NCBI GenBank assembly: GCA_950097015.1
Contig: CATNEN010000024.1
Coordinates: 1 to 64,000 of the forward strand
Length of the DNA: 64,000 bases
Origin: Macrostomum hystrix
Lineage: Eukaryota > Animalia > Platyhelminthes
Direction of reading: 5' to 3'
Position 1 is the first letter of the stretch. Each line of letters begins with the position of its first letter. This document shows positions 40,183-54,100 of the stretch, one piece after another. The position numbers were made by a program, and so were the translations under genes. The notes below the pieces were generated by a model. The model did not search any database. It was not told the origin of the DNA and saw nothing but the letters and a program-made list of their open reading frames with translations.

Positions 40183-40724
40183 TATAACCTCATTCGAATA
40201 TTTATTTCCAAGATTATCAAGGCTCCAAAATTCAGACAAGATTATAGCGGCCTTCAGTCTTACTTCCTGAACAAAACGACGGGGGTTAGATTTCGGCATG
40301 CGTTAATGTCAACTCTCAGTGATTTGCGTTCGCTAGTGGGTGGAAGTGAAAATATAAATACACCAACGGAACCGCACACCAGCCAATTCGATAAAATCTG
40401 TATTTTAGCTACAGAAATACCGCCGCAACCTGACTTCACTGCATGGAGACACACTGCTATCTCTAACCCGACCCGACAATTGATGCTTTTTAGTGCTGGT
40501 AATTCAATGCTATCTGTATTTCTGACATTTCTGCAGTGCTATCTTACTTGTCTGGCTAGAGCATACCAACAGGTGCCGTTATTCAATAGTGTCAGCAAAA
40601 ACTATTGCTGACACTAAGATTGGGCCATTGTGTCTAAAAACAGATACCTAATTAATGCAAGGGAGAGAGGCAGAGAGATGGTCAAATGGGATGAAGGAAG
40701 GAGATAAGGAGATGAGGAAGAGGA

Positions 40725-41365
40725 TCAGAAGAGGATCAGAAGAAGGAAGAGGAAGAGGATCAGAAGGAGGACAGGATCAGAAGGAGGACAGGATCAGAAG
40801 GAGGACAGGATCAGAAGGAGGACAGGATCAGAAGGAGGACAGGATCAGAAGGAGGACAGGATCAGAAGGAGGACAGGATCAGAAGGAGGACAGGATCAGA
40901 AGGAGGACAGGATCAGAAGGAGGACAGGATCAGAAGGAGGACAGGATCAGAAGAAGAAGGAAGAGGATGAGAAGAAGGAAGAGGATGAGAAGAAGGAAGA
41001 GGATGAGAAGAAGGCAGAGGAAGAGGATCAAATGAGGAAGAGGATCAGAAGGAGGAAGAGGATGAGAAGAAGGCAGAGGAAGAGGATCAAATGAGGAAGA
41101 GGATCAGAAGGAGGAAGAGGATGAGAAGAAGGCAGAGGATCAAATGAGGAAGAGGATCAGAAGGAGGAAGAGGATGAGAAGAAGGCAGAGGATCAAATGA
41201 GGAAGAGGATCAGAAGGAGGAAGAGGATGAGAAGAAGGCAGAGGATCAAATGAGGAAGAGGATCAGAAGGAGGAAGAGGATGAGAAGAAGGCAGAGGATC
41301 AAATGAGGAAGAGGATGAGAAGAAGGCAGAGGAAGAGGATCAAATGAGGAAGAGGATCAGAAGGA
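40725..41365. repeat. Purine-rich compound repeat: 17 bp unit (GAAGGAGGACAGGATCA) x~11, then ~47-53 bp GA-rich units
   Basis: Tandem repetition. Confidence 0.95.
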
Positions 41366-43544
41366 GGAAGAGTATGAGATGGAGGAAATGATAGAAGAAG
41401 CGGATCAGACAGGAGAAAAGTGGGTGAAGTGAGTCGAAAAAGCTGCATCAGTTCATTTATGCAGGCACCAATGATGCGTCAGCGAATTTATGTTTGAGTG
41501 GCAAGTGTTTCGGGACAGCGCCTGCGAGGCAATATCATGTTAATTGCGGTTTCGATTCTTTGATGACCGCCTGCTGGATTTTTCAGAAAGATAATTACGT
41601 AACAGTGTCCTCTCTGGCCGGTGTCTCTCGACTTCATCGTTGCGTAAGCTGGACAAAACAGAGGACGAGAAACTACGATTTTTGATTGGCTGTAGAGTGC
41701 TTTTTAAATCGTTGATGAAGCAGCAGCAGAAGTGGTTGGCAGCATTCGATTTGAATCAGGCACCATCAAATACAAATAAATGACTGTCGACTAGCGAAAT
41801 TGTCGAAAAATTGAATGAGTTACATTGCTGAACAGGGGCCAGTGGCGATAGAAAATCCATTGAAATAAATCGTGTATGCATAGAAAAGTAACTTTTAGAT
41901 CACAGATTTAGCTCTAGCTGAAGGCGTCTTTAGTTCACTTGGCAGTTCTTCTGTTCCAGCTCCTCCAGCTCTATCTCTCTTACTATGTTTGTTATCAGTT
42001 TTCTTTATTTCTTTCTACCCCCTTCCTCTTTTCTGATTGGTCGCCGTCTCGCCTCGACAGGCTAAGACTCTGATTCTCTCACCCTACTGTACACCCACCC
42101 CCACTCTGTGCCTTTAACCCACCCCTCACAAGCCTCCGCCTTTTCTGGTATGATTATTTACCCAAACTAGTTGCGGCTGCCTACAGGCCAGCGTTAGACA
42201 TGCATTTTTTCCATTTCCTCGACTTACTGCGTTCTCGCATATCGGTGTCAATTATGCCATGAATCTTCCTCACGCGCAGTTCCGGCAGAAGAAAGGGTAT
42301 TCATTATAATTCCAGGCCGACACTCACCAACAGGTTAATCACTCAAGATGCCAGGCCAAAAATTTTTAGTTTTCCTTAGTAATTTTTTCCATCAGGTATT
42401 GCTCTGAAATGTACACACACAAATATGGGTTGCCACTCGCGTGCGTGCTTCAGTTGAATAATTCCTGGCTTCTAAAATTTCCCATTTTGAACAAATTCGC
42501 AGCACTTCCGGTGCCATCCCGCTATTTCAGTTGCGTAACTCTATTCAGTTTTTCATATTAGCCGACGCTAGTCGCTGGGAACAAAATATCGAGGACAAGG
42601 CCAACAAAAAATGCATCCCACCCGCGGCTCCTCCTCTGCCCCGCCCCTCCAAGTTTAATTAAATCTGTAAATTGACCTCGCCTGCCCCTTCCATGCTGGC
42701 GCGCAATTTTTTCCCTTCTTCATCAATCCAGCAATTTTTTGTGCCATGCTCCCAAAGGCAGCCACTTCGCCGCTTATTTAGAAGCTAAATTCACATTTTT
42801 CACATCCCTCCCTTGTCTCCCCTATAGTCCTCAGGCACAGGAAAATTGCAAGGCCGCGGGTTGCCAATGTAAACTGAACTCTGAGGCTATCGATTCCACT
42901 TACAAAACCCGGTCAAGACACTCCCAAACCTCTCGTCACCCATCCTAAACTTCCAAACCTCAGAAACGGGGAGATTTCTAAAACTGGAACTTTTAATTTG
43001 GACAACAAACCTAAACAGAAATCACGTTTCATTTTAGTTATCATGTTGTCTGGCATGTAGTTGCTAAATAATTCTAACTACCGTCATTGCTGTTCATAGT
43101 GTTTGTTTAAGCTATGCGAGATAGCTTCTAGTTTAGTATGGCATGGGGATCTTAGGCTCAAACTGACGATATATTTGCTCAAAACCTTCTACTCACAGTT
43201 GCTGCGTTAGTGCATGTAACTGTTTCATTTTTACCCAGCCAACTGAGCAAACAAGCAGCTGTGACAACTCACACACTAGAAGGGGTGCCTACTCATTGTC
43301 ATCCCATCATTGTGCACACATAGGCGCACGCATAGGCACACCGAAGCCGAGATCACGACAATCCAGGACACCAAGACACTTGAACAAAAAGTGCAGATAA
43401 TTTTCCTGAATGAAACCGCTTCGTTCAAATTGTTACTTCTGAATCACTTTTTTGGCCCCAGAAATTATTCGGTCGCCGTAGTTGATTAAAGACTAAAATA
43501 TTAAATTGATTGACTATTTTTCTACGTGAAGATTCTAGGGATAT

Positions 43545-43790
43545 TGGTAGGTGAGTTTAACTGGGAGGTCAGGAGTTCGAATCTCGGCCCTGACCTGACA
43601 AAGTGTAAACAATTTGTCTCATTAAGCAAGATACTTGATTCCCCATTGTTTCACTTCACTCGGCTGTAAAACACATGCTGGTACCCACCAGCACTAGTTG
43701 GGCTAGAAATCAGAGTCCAGTCCATGGACTGAACAGCTGTACATAGCCTTGGAAGCATCTGTCCCACGGATATGCATCTGGCTCAACATA
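43545..43790 (+). mobile_element. tRNA-derived SINE family 2 copy
   Basis: B-box GGAGTTCGAATC, then AAGCAAGATACTT and TTCACTCGGCTGTAAAA...GGTACC, with a 3' block shared with the 35.1 kb copy. Confidence 0.65.
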
Positions 43791-45198
43791 GTTAGATGCT
43801 ATTTCTATCTCTCTTCTCTTATAATTCTCACTCTTCTTTAGGGTCAGTGAGTTGTCCATCGATTTAGTTTTTACCATAGACTATAAACATACTAAACGGA
43901 TACAAAATGATCACAGAATGATGTACTCATTCTGAGACTCAACGATGTAGACATTCCCATAGTGGACAATCTCAGATCCCAAAAACCAGGTTTCGCTCAT
44001 TCTCACTCTTATTAACAACAGGGAGTACTTCGAGTGTTTCTCCATCTCCCCGGACTCTTCATTTCCACTCAATCTCCAGCAGTCTAAGCCGCGTCTTTAG
44101 TTCGTGCCTCAGATGAATTCCAGATGAAATCAGGCTGTGGGTGAGAGTCACGAGTGCGACTTGTGAGGACTGCACATAAACTCGAGTCCATGACATTGCG
44201 TGCCACTGGTAATTACTTTCTGAGCCAATAATATACTACAACTGTCTCCTCCACTTTACAACTACTCCAAGTTACTAGGCTTCGATTTTAGCAGGTGTAT
44301 AGTAGCTAGCCCGAGATGCTGGGCCTGTAATATGCTGCAAGCTTCATCAGTTTGCATGAATTTATAGTCCTAGATAGTGGAGTGAACCCTACGACACAAG
44401 AACTCAAATACAAATGCAGATTTTTGAAAAGGTCACTTAGAGACCATATTAGACTAAAATTATTTTACAGTAGTCCTGTTCTAATTAACAGGTAACTATT
44501 TCCCACGATTTTGCACCACGATTTTGCAAAAACCATGTTTACATTAGCTTTCAAGTTCAGGCTTGAATCCAGCCATGTTTCCAGATTCAGTCGCGCCCTC
44601 AGGCATGCCTCGTCGTCCGATGTTTCTTTCACGCATTCCCCCCTTAATAAACTTTCGTCCGCATGGCAACCGATAAAGTCTAAGTGCAGTCAGGTGGCGG
44701 ATGCCGCTCCAACAGAAAGTAGCCAAGGTGCAGGGGCAAACCGTGCAGAATAGTTCGACAGCTGCGGGACATAGAGATGGACAAACTAAAATGAGGTAAG
44801 TTAGTGATCTGACATTCCCGTCAATTCTAGTCAGGCAGCTAGCAGCGGACCTACAGGTTAAAAATGACTATTCCCACAAGCCTCAATTGACTGGCATGGC
44901 CTTCCAAACCGACCCCGGCATTGCCTATTTATAAGGTCACTGGGGGGTAGGTCAGTCGGGCTGTCTTTAAAAAGAAAAGAAAAATAGCAGATTTCAAGTT
45001 TCGAGGAAGGTTTATATATAGGCAGAGTCTTGCCATCATTTTCTTCTTGCTTCGAATCCCACCAACAGTGGAAACGACGCGAATGCAAAGCAAATTAAGA
45101 CGAGACATGCTTTCTTGACGAATGGGTACTTTGCGATAATTTGAAGCAATCGATAATAAAAAAGACAAGTTTTAGAAAGGTTTAGAATAAAAAAAAAA

Positions 45199-45568
45199 GG
45201 CGAGGGTTCGGTGGCAGAGCGGTTAACGCGTTTGCCTCTCGCACCAAGGTCCCTAAGTTCGATTCCACGGCGAGGCCACATTTATTTGGGGCGCAGCCGC
45301 GGAGAGAAGGCTTGGGGGCTCGTCGTGCAATTTACGCTTTTGAGGGCCAACCTCCAAGGCACAATTAAATGTACACTGCCTGACGATGAGAAAGTCAGGG
45401 CAGATGTACACACCTGTGAGCGTATGCCTGCGACCTGCGTACAGTATCTGTGTGCGTGTGTGCTCAGGAGTCAGCGAAATGGGCAGTATTGCCTCCTCGC
45501 TGGCTGCGGGTCTAGTGTCACTAAATGATATGCCACTGCCCGCAGCCCTCCTGCAATTATTATTATTA
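45199..45568 (+). mobile_element. tRNA-derived SINE family 1, apparently full length
   Basis: A-box TGGCAGAGCGGTTAA, B-box AAGTTCGATTCC, conserved body GTACACTGCCTGACGATGAGAAAGT..GGGCAGATGTACA and an (ATT)n tail. Two further copies lie in the window. Confidence 0.75.
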
Positions 45569-47639
45569 ATTTTTTTTTATCGAAAAAGGCAAAATCCGCT
45601 AATCTCTTTCCAGTTAATTACAAAGCTTTTGTGAAATCGACGCCGAATTAGTGATAAGAAAGACTGCATGTCTAAATTCGATATTGTTTATATCAGTTTT
45701 CCACCTAGAGGCACTAATTCTTGGATGAAATGTAAAAATTTATGCAAAAGCCATAAATTTGAAAACTTATGTGTAACGCATTTTTCTAACCCTGGATTTC
45801 CTGTCCAGCCTCTCAGCGGGAGTGCACCATGGTAATAAAAGATTGGAGACACCTTCTTTCGCATCGCAATTAGTTTATGTTAGTTTGTTGCAATAATCTG
45901 CAGTACCTGTCTCCTCTCTCTCCTCCCTGCCCTTCGGCATCAAATTAAATATCCATTTTGCAAATTATCACTCAGCGTATTCGTCCCCATAACAGATACT
46001 ACTCTCGTGTCAGATGCTTCCAGTGTTCTATAGTTCTAGTTCTAGTTCTAAGTGCAGATCCTTTCCCTTCTTTCTGTTTTATTTCTATTTAACTTCCCGT
46101 GTGTACAAACACACGGAACGCGCGTCCCTGTCTATCAGCTCACAGGCAGCACCATGCATGCACCAGTCTCTGTTCTCTCTTCACTCTCTCAGTTCTCTCT
46201 GTACCAGCTGCAGCCGTGGCAGCAATAGCAGCAGCGGCAGCAGCAGCACCGGTAGCGAAACCTCTCCTACCTTTCCACTCCTTCATAGGAGAGACAGAGA
46301 CAAGCGGAGAAAAAAAGTTGATTGGCACGACCGGAGTGTGGCCTCGCCTGGGCTCACGGCGACATCTAAACCCTGTCAATCACCTGGAGAGAGGGGGGTG
46401 AGAGAGGGCGAGGTCTGGGGTCTGTCTGAAGCTACTGGCCAGTTTGTCTCCTAGGGAGAGGCCGGGTGGGTAAGTCCCTAGCAAGCAGTCCTCCAGAAGC
46501 AACCAAAACGCCCTCTGTGTATCTATCAATAGCCATCTATTAAAGCATTGCCTGAAATAGACCCTTCGGTTTGGAGGGCAAACTCTGACAATCATCTGCA
46601 ATTGCAAACTGGAGCTGGTGAGAGTGAATGACTGTAGGCTAGAGAGTCCGTCACGTTGATGAATATTAGACAGGCTGTGATAGATAATGAATGGGGTGAA
46701 GCTATGCAACTTAAATTAGAGTGGATTTAGTTGTGACAGCATGAAACTGAAAACTGTTTAACATCCAATATGCAAGGCTTGTATAAACACTAATTAAAAA
46801 TCAATGAGTGGCTGGAAACTTCATTTACACTATTGAATGAAATTTCAATGCGTATAAAAGTAGGATGACTGCATAGCATGGCTGTGGGAAAGTTAATTTA
46901 GTTAAAAAGAAACGCGTTTTAAATAGATGAACAAAACATGGGAAGGTGTGTTTTTAGTTCTTCCGTAGCACGCAGTAAAAATAGGCAAAGTTAATAAGTT
47001 AGCCAAGTGGCTGCGGACCACTCTGCCCCCTCTGTCCCTTGGGATCGAACCCATTTAGTTTTTTTTAGTGTCCGTGAGCGCATTGAGAGGATTAGGGAAG
47101 GCAGCATTCTGCTCTCCTGTTGAAGTGGGAGTTGGCTCAAGAAGTCACGCACTGGTCAGTTCGCTCATTCACTCTGAGGTGCAATTCCCCCCCGTGTAGT
47201 ATACGCTTGGGGCCAGTAGGTCTACGTTTAACGCTATTTTTCAGTTCTGTCTTGGGAGCGGAGAGAAACAAGAAACAGTTTCCAAGAATCAGTGAATTTG
47301 CCAAGCCAAGCCAATTATTTTCAAATAGAGATTATTTTGACACGAACCTGAAATTGTGCAGTCAAGTCTGGAATTCTTATTTTTCAATCATTCATAGGGG
47401 ATAAGTCCACATGGGGCAGCTTATTCATTCGATTAAAAGACCTAATCTCCCAGTTAAATATGGATTAACCCTGATATCATTAGCTGTAAAACCCAGGATT
47501 TTAATTGCAATCAGAGCTAGGCTGGTGCTGAGCGTTGGGATCAGCACTGCGATTGGGATTGGGATCAGGATCAAGAGTAGCATAATCATTTAATTTGGGA
47601 TTTTGAGTGTGATCAGGATCAGATCAGATTTATATTTGA

Positions 47640-48470
47640 GATAAGGGTTGGGATCAGGATTATAATTCAGATGAGGCTTGGGATCAGGATTATATTTGGG
47701 ATAAGAGTTGGGATCAGGATTGTAATTGAGATAAGAGTTGGGATCAGGATTATATTTGAGATAAGAGTTGGGATCTGGATTTTAATTGAGATAAGAGTTG
47801 GGATCTGGATTGCAATTGAGATAAGAGTTGGGATCAGGATTCCAATTGAGATGAGGGTTGGGATCAGGATTGTAATTGAGATTAGGGTTGGGATCAGGAT
47901 TGCAATTGAGATAAGAGTTGGGATCAGGATTGCAATTGAGATAAGAGTTGGGATCAGGATTGCAATTGAGATGAGGGTTGGGATCTGGATTGTAATTGAG
48001 ATGAGGGTTGGGATCAGGATTGTAATTGAGATTAGGGTTGGGATCTGGATTTTAATTGAGATAAGAGTTGGGATCAGGATTGTAATTGAGATAAGAGTTG
48101 GGATCAGGATTGTAATTGAGATTAGGGTTGGGATCAGGATTGTAATTGAGATGAGGGTTGGGATCAGGATTGTAATTGAGATAAGAGTTGGGATCAGGAT
48201 TGTAATTGAGATGAGGGTTGGGATCAGGATTGTAATTGAGATAAGAGTTGGGATCAGGATTGTAATTGAGATTAGGGTTGGGATCAGGATTGTAATTGAG
48301 ATAAGGGTTGGGATCTGGATTGTAATTGAGATGAGGGTTGGGATCAGGATTATAATTGATATATTAGTTGGGATCTGGATTATAATTGAGATAATATTTG
48401 GGATCAGGATTATAATTGAAATGAGGGTTGGGATCAGGATTATAATTGAAATAAGGGTTGGGATTCAGTG
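47640..48470. repeat. 30 bp minisatellite (GAGATAAGAGTTGGGATCAGGATTGTAATT), ~27 copies
   Basis: Tandem repetition. Confidence 0.98.
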
Positions 48471-49894
48471 CTATAATTCAGTGAGATAATATTTGGGATC
48501 GGGATTATGATTTGGATCAGCTATAATATTTGACTCGAAGCGAAAATTTAAGAATGTTTGCAATAAATCGAATCGATAGAATACATAAATAAATATTTGT
48601 TTCGCGATAAAAATTATTTTAAAAGCTAAATTACGATTTCATCGTAGAAATTTCAAAATGGCATATAGGATTTTTATCCCAGAAAAAACTACGACTGAAA
48701 TCTATAATTCCAAATCAGAAGATGGGGGAGAAGTGGTCCTTAATCGACCCTGAGCGGGAGTAGATTCCGCGACCTCCGCAACTCTCATCTGAGCTGGCAA
48801 TCTTTCCTTATTCGGCCTTCCTCTCTGATTGCCTTTTTCTCGGTTCCATGCGTTACGCAACCAAAGTTTTTTTCCCGACAGAATACTTGAGGATTCTATT
48901 CCTGCCTCCGGGGCTGAAATTTTGTATCCTGTTCTGTGATTTTCCGATTTCATTCCGATTTCTAATCCTCCCTCGAACCCAATCTTCGTCTGTTTGAGTC
49001 TGGGAATCTTCAAGCGGCTGGACTTGTTTGAAGATGGGATACTCGGGTGGGGGACATAAGGACGGACTCAGAGCCGCCGTTTGAGCATAGAGGAGAAAGC
49101 AGAAAAAAATAACGTCAGCGTCTTTCGTGTCTGCCTCTTCCGCAGCTCCCACTTAATGGAGCGGAGGTGGGAAAAGAGGATGAAGAGAGAGAGAGAGGGA
49201 CGGAGTCTGAGAAGAATAAGAAAGGCCGCAAAATAGCCGCACCCGGTTCTAATTAAAGCTTCTCAGGACGATAGCCGTCCTTAGAGACCGGCTGATCATC
49301 GCACGGGCCCGGAGGAGAAATAGAAGCTTTAGGGATTGAGCCGCATTGGGGTTAGGAGAGGACACACCAGAGCGAGAGGGGAAGTAGAAATAGGTGGGGG
49401 TGGTGGTTAGGACGCCTCCCGACTGCTCAAATTCTCGCTAGCTGCGAAAAGGGAGAAAAAAGACGGCAGGCAATAAATCAGAGGCCGACAAGGAACGGTG
49501 GGGAAACGCTGCGAAAGGAGAAATGCGAGGGGGAGCGAGGAGAGAATGGAGAATGGCGCTGAGGTGGCGGGTGTCTATGCTAATATTTGGTGATTTTTTT
49601 CGCCCATAGCCCAAAGGTGGCAAGCTGTCTGCCTTGCCGTCATTCTGATTCCAAATAGACACTGGCGCGGCTCAGGATTTGGCACATAATTCACAGGAAT
49701 TAACCGGCACTCTCACATGCTTTATAGCCCCAATGGGCTTGGGGTTAATCTGCCAGCTGCAGCCGTCCGTTTTGATGAGCTGTTGTTAGGAAGATTATTT
49801 ACGAGTGTCGACCGTCTGCCCGAACTGCGTTCTCCGAATTCGAGCTGCACTTTGTTTCTGGGATTACTTTTTATTATCTGGGTCTATGGAGGAT

Positions 49895-50270
49895 GGGGAT
49901 TGGGATCAGGATTGCATTGGGATCAGAATGAAGATTGGGATCAAAGTGTAGATTGGGATCAGGATGTGGATTGGGATCAGGATGGGGATTGGATCTGATA
50001 GGGGATCAGGATCAGGATAGGGATTGGGATCAGGATGGGGATTGGATCTGATAGGGGATCAGGATGGGGATTGGGATCAGTATGGGGATCGGGATCAGGA
50101 TAGGGATCGGGATCAGGATAGGGATCGGGATCAGGATAGGGATCGGGATCAGGATAGTGATCCCTCCCAATGGGGATTAGTATCAAGGTAGGATCGGGAT
50201 CAGGAGTGGATCGGGATTAGGGGGGTCGGGATCAGGATGGGGATCAGGATGGGGATTGGGATCAGGAGGG
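49895..50270. repeat. Degenerate GGGATCAGGAT-core repeat (~18 bp)
   Basis: Repeated GGGATCAGGAT/GGGATCGGGAT units. Confidence 0.9.
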
Positions 50271-51033
50271 GGACAGAGATTATGACCGGCATAGTAATTG
50301 GGATGGGGTTATTTTTGCATCAGGAGTTTCAGTTTTTTAATTAAAAGCTGCTTTCACTTGCTTCACTATGATCGAACCGCCTCGTCATAAAGAATGATGG
50401 AATTAGGAATGAGTGCCGGGGTTGAATCTGGCATCCCATATTTTTGACGGACTTAGTAGATTCCAGATGGCCGACTGGTAACACGTTGAGTAGCGAGTAA
50501 TGGCCCCTAGAGGACCCTTTCCAAGGGGAGATCTCCACGAGCCAACTAAGTCAGTGTTCCCCTCTCAGAGCTGGCAGAATTGGGATAACGACAATTCCCA
50601 ACGCGCCAACGTGACTCAACGGCCAATTATGAAAGGCGCCGCTTTTCTCCATTGCTTCGCGGCGTCAACTCAATGCCGATAATTGGACTCGGAGGCTGAA
50701 GAATTTCTAAGAAATTTCTTCCTTTTTCTTCATTAATTGAGGATAATCGCCCGGATGGCCAACAACATTGAGAGCCGTCCCTGGCTAGATAACAATGTTA
50801 TGCTTGAGCTAAGGAATGGCTCTTGGCACCCTGCTGGCATCGTGTTGGTTTCCCTCACTTAGCTCTTCATCCTGACACTTCACTATTCCGCTAGCGTGGC
50901 AGCCAGTTTTCACCTCCCGCTCCTCCATCGGGCCAGCGCTCTGAGAGAGTAGAGAGAAGTCTGGCAGCGGGCGCCCTGAGCACTCGATCGTCTAATTGAA
51001 TCGCATTGTGCCACGCATAGAGCCGACAGAAGG

Positions 51034-51034
<1 letters not shown>

Positions 51035-51069
<35 letters not shown>

Positions 51070-51104
51070 GCTGCTGCTGCCGCTGATGCGGGCGATAACC
51101 CAGA
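51035..51104 (+). CDS. ihog: Exon 1 of the Ihog/CDON-like gene: signal peptide MLLLLLLLLLLPLLLPLMRAITQ
   Basis: ATG at 51035, then a CTG run encoding poly-Leu. Phase-1 donor a|GTGAGG at 51105. Upstream acceptor-like ccacgcatAG at 51020. Confidence 0.7.
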
Positions 51105-54100
51105 GTGAGGACAGGGGAAGATCGGATTAGGGGTGTGATGAATTTAAGGGATTTCTCCAGCCTCTTCATCTCTCACACTGACTCTCACCGCGCCTCATTC
51201 AGCAGTACTCAGTGAGCTCAAGCTGGTGGGAGCGGAGTGGCCGAAAGTCGATGAGTTCAACGCTGAGGAGGGAAGCTTTAAGAATGTATAAATTTTCAAT
51301 CTGCACTCAGCCAGGTAATGCCAGGGCAGTACTATTGCGCCTGTAATGGCAATGCAATCCCAGGAGGCAATTTCTGAATCCTATCGCATACTATTTGCTT
51401 ATCCGAGCAGTGCATTGGGGATATTTTTCCTGATATTTTCTTTCACCGGAATGAAATCGCGGAATTTACTAATGGCATTTGAAGACTTTCCATTTGAGCA
51501 CGCTGACACCAAACCGCCCGGTTCTCAATATTTGGGCTAGAAATCTGACCCACCGTGATAGACTACGACTTTTTTGTAAATGTACTTCTCACAGACCTTG
51601 AGAGCACAGTGGAAGATTTTAAATTGTATAAAAGTACGGGAAACCAAAGGAATTAAAAAACAATGGAATAGAAAAAACAAAACAAATGAGAAATTGAAAA
51701 CGTTTTGCATTTCTCCTAACATCAAAGATGGGATCAGGATTATGATTGGGATCAGGATTATGATTGAGATCAGGATTATGATTGGGTTTAGGAGTTAGGA
51801 TTGTGATCAGGATTATGATTGAGATCAGGATTATGATTGGGATCAGGATTATGATTGAGATCAGGATTATGATTGGGTTTAGGAGTTAGGATTGTGATCA
51901 GGATTATGATTGGGTTTAGGAGTTAAGATTGAGATCAGGATTATGATTGGGTTTAGGAGTTAGGATTGTGATCAGGATTATGATTGTGATCAGGAATATG
52001 ATTGGGATCAGGATTATGATTGAGATCAGGATTATGATTGGGTTTAGGAGTTAGGATTGTGATCAGGATTATGATTGAGATCAGGATTATGATTGAGATC
52101 AGGATTATGATTGGGATCAGGATTATGATTGGGATCAGGATTATGATTGAGATCAGGATTATGATTGGGTTTAGGAGTTAGGATTGAGATCAGGATTATG
52201 ATTGAGATCAGGATTATGATTGAGATCAGGATTATGATTTAGATCAGGATTATGATTGGGATCAGGATTATGATTGAGATCAAGATTATGATTAAGATCA
52301 GGATTATGATTGAGATCAGGATTATGATTGAGATCAGAATTATGATTGAGATCAGGATTATGATTGGGATCAGGATTATGATTGAGATCAAGATTATGAT
52401 TAAGATCAGGATTATGATTGAGATCAGGATTATGATTGAGATCAGGATTATGATTGAGATCAGGATTATGATTGGGATCAGGATTATGATTGGGATCAGG
52501 ATTATGATTGAGATCAGGATTATGATTGAGATCAGGATTATGATTGAGATCAGGATTATGATTGAGATCAGGATTATGATTGAGATCAGGATTATGATTG
52601 AGATCAGGATTATGATTGGGATCAGGATTATGATTGGGATCAGGATTATGATTGAGATCAGGATTATGATTGGGTTTAGGAGTTAGGATTGAGATCAGGA
52701 TTATGATTGAGATCAGGATTATGATTGAGATCAGGATTATGATTTAGATCAGGATTATGATTGGGATCAGGATTATGATTGAGATCAAGATTATGATTAA
52801 GATCAGGATTATGATTGAGATCAGGATTATGATTGAGATCAGAATTATGATTGAGATCAGGATTATGATTGGGATCAGGATTATGATTGAGATCAAGATT
52901 ATGATTAAGATCAGGATTATGATTGAGATCAGGATTATGATTGAGATCAGGATTATGATTGAGATCAGGATTATGATTGGGATCAGGATTATGATTGGGA
53001 TCAGGATTATGATTGGGATCAGGATTATGATTGAGATCAGGATTATGATTGGGATCAGGATTATGATTGAGATCAGGATTATGATTGAGATCAGGATTAT
53101 GATTGGGATCAGGATTATGATTGAGATCAGGGTTATGATTGGGATCAGGATTATGATTGGGATCAGGATTATGATTGAGATCAGGATTATGATTGAGATC
53201 AGGATTATGATTGAGATCAGGATTATGATTGAGATCAGGATTATGATTGAGATCAGGGTTATGATTGGGATCAGGATTATGATTGGGATCAGGATTATGA
53301 TTGGGATCAGGAAATCATGATAGTGACTTTAGGATCAGATACTTCTAGGGTTAGGGAAGTATCTGCTGGAAGTGTGTGCTGATTTCTATTGAATAAACTT
53401 TTTATCGCTTATTGGTAAAGTGAAAATATGATAAATAAAGAAACGCTAAATCTATCAATAAATTAGTATCCACAGATCCTCATTATGCCGATCCTCAATG
53501 TTCTCCAGTGATGCCAGAGTTCGAGTCCCTACCGCCTCGGCTGACGTACACTCGGCCCGGGGTTCCAGTCAGTCTGGCGTGCCGCGCCCCCGCCTCCGCG
53601 GTGCTGTGCGGCTCGCGGAGCGACGCTGACGATCGAAGCGGCATCCGGTTTGTTCCGGCAGACACCGACTTGATGCGCGGCGTGCGCTGCCACCGGGATG
53701 GGATCCGGGTGGAGCCGGAGGCGGCGGACAGCGCGACCCTCAGTCGGCTGGAGTTCTTCTTCAAAGCCGTGTCGACATCGAACTTTGCGGTGATTAGCGC
53801 GCCATTTCGAGTTGAGGTGGCCGGTGAGTTTTGTGACTTTTTAATGTGCTATTTATTCTACTCATAGTAGAGCAGTTTGTTTAATAGCTATTTTTATGGC
53901 AAGTTTCAAATGAAGGAATAGAAATAGTTAAACGCAACTATTTCACCTTTTGGTTTGACAACTGGACTTATGTTATTATTAGTTTAGTAAGCCTCTGGAT
54001 CTATATAGGTCAGTCACGTGACTAACTGGCCAGCCAATCAGATTGGCTAAAGGGTTGAGTGGTATATATTTTTAGAAGAATTTTTTGAAGTTGTTGGGGA

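Noticed and set aside
44500-44790. Protein-like open stretches on both strands (possible TE relic or exon)
   Set aside because: No recognisable motif and no consistent splice sites.
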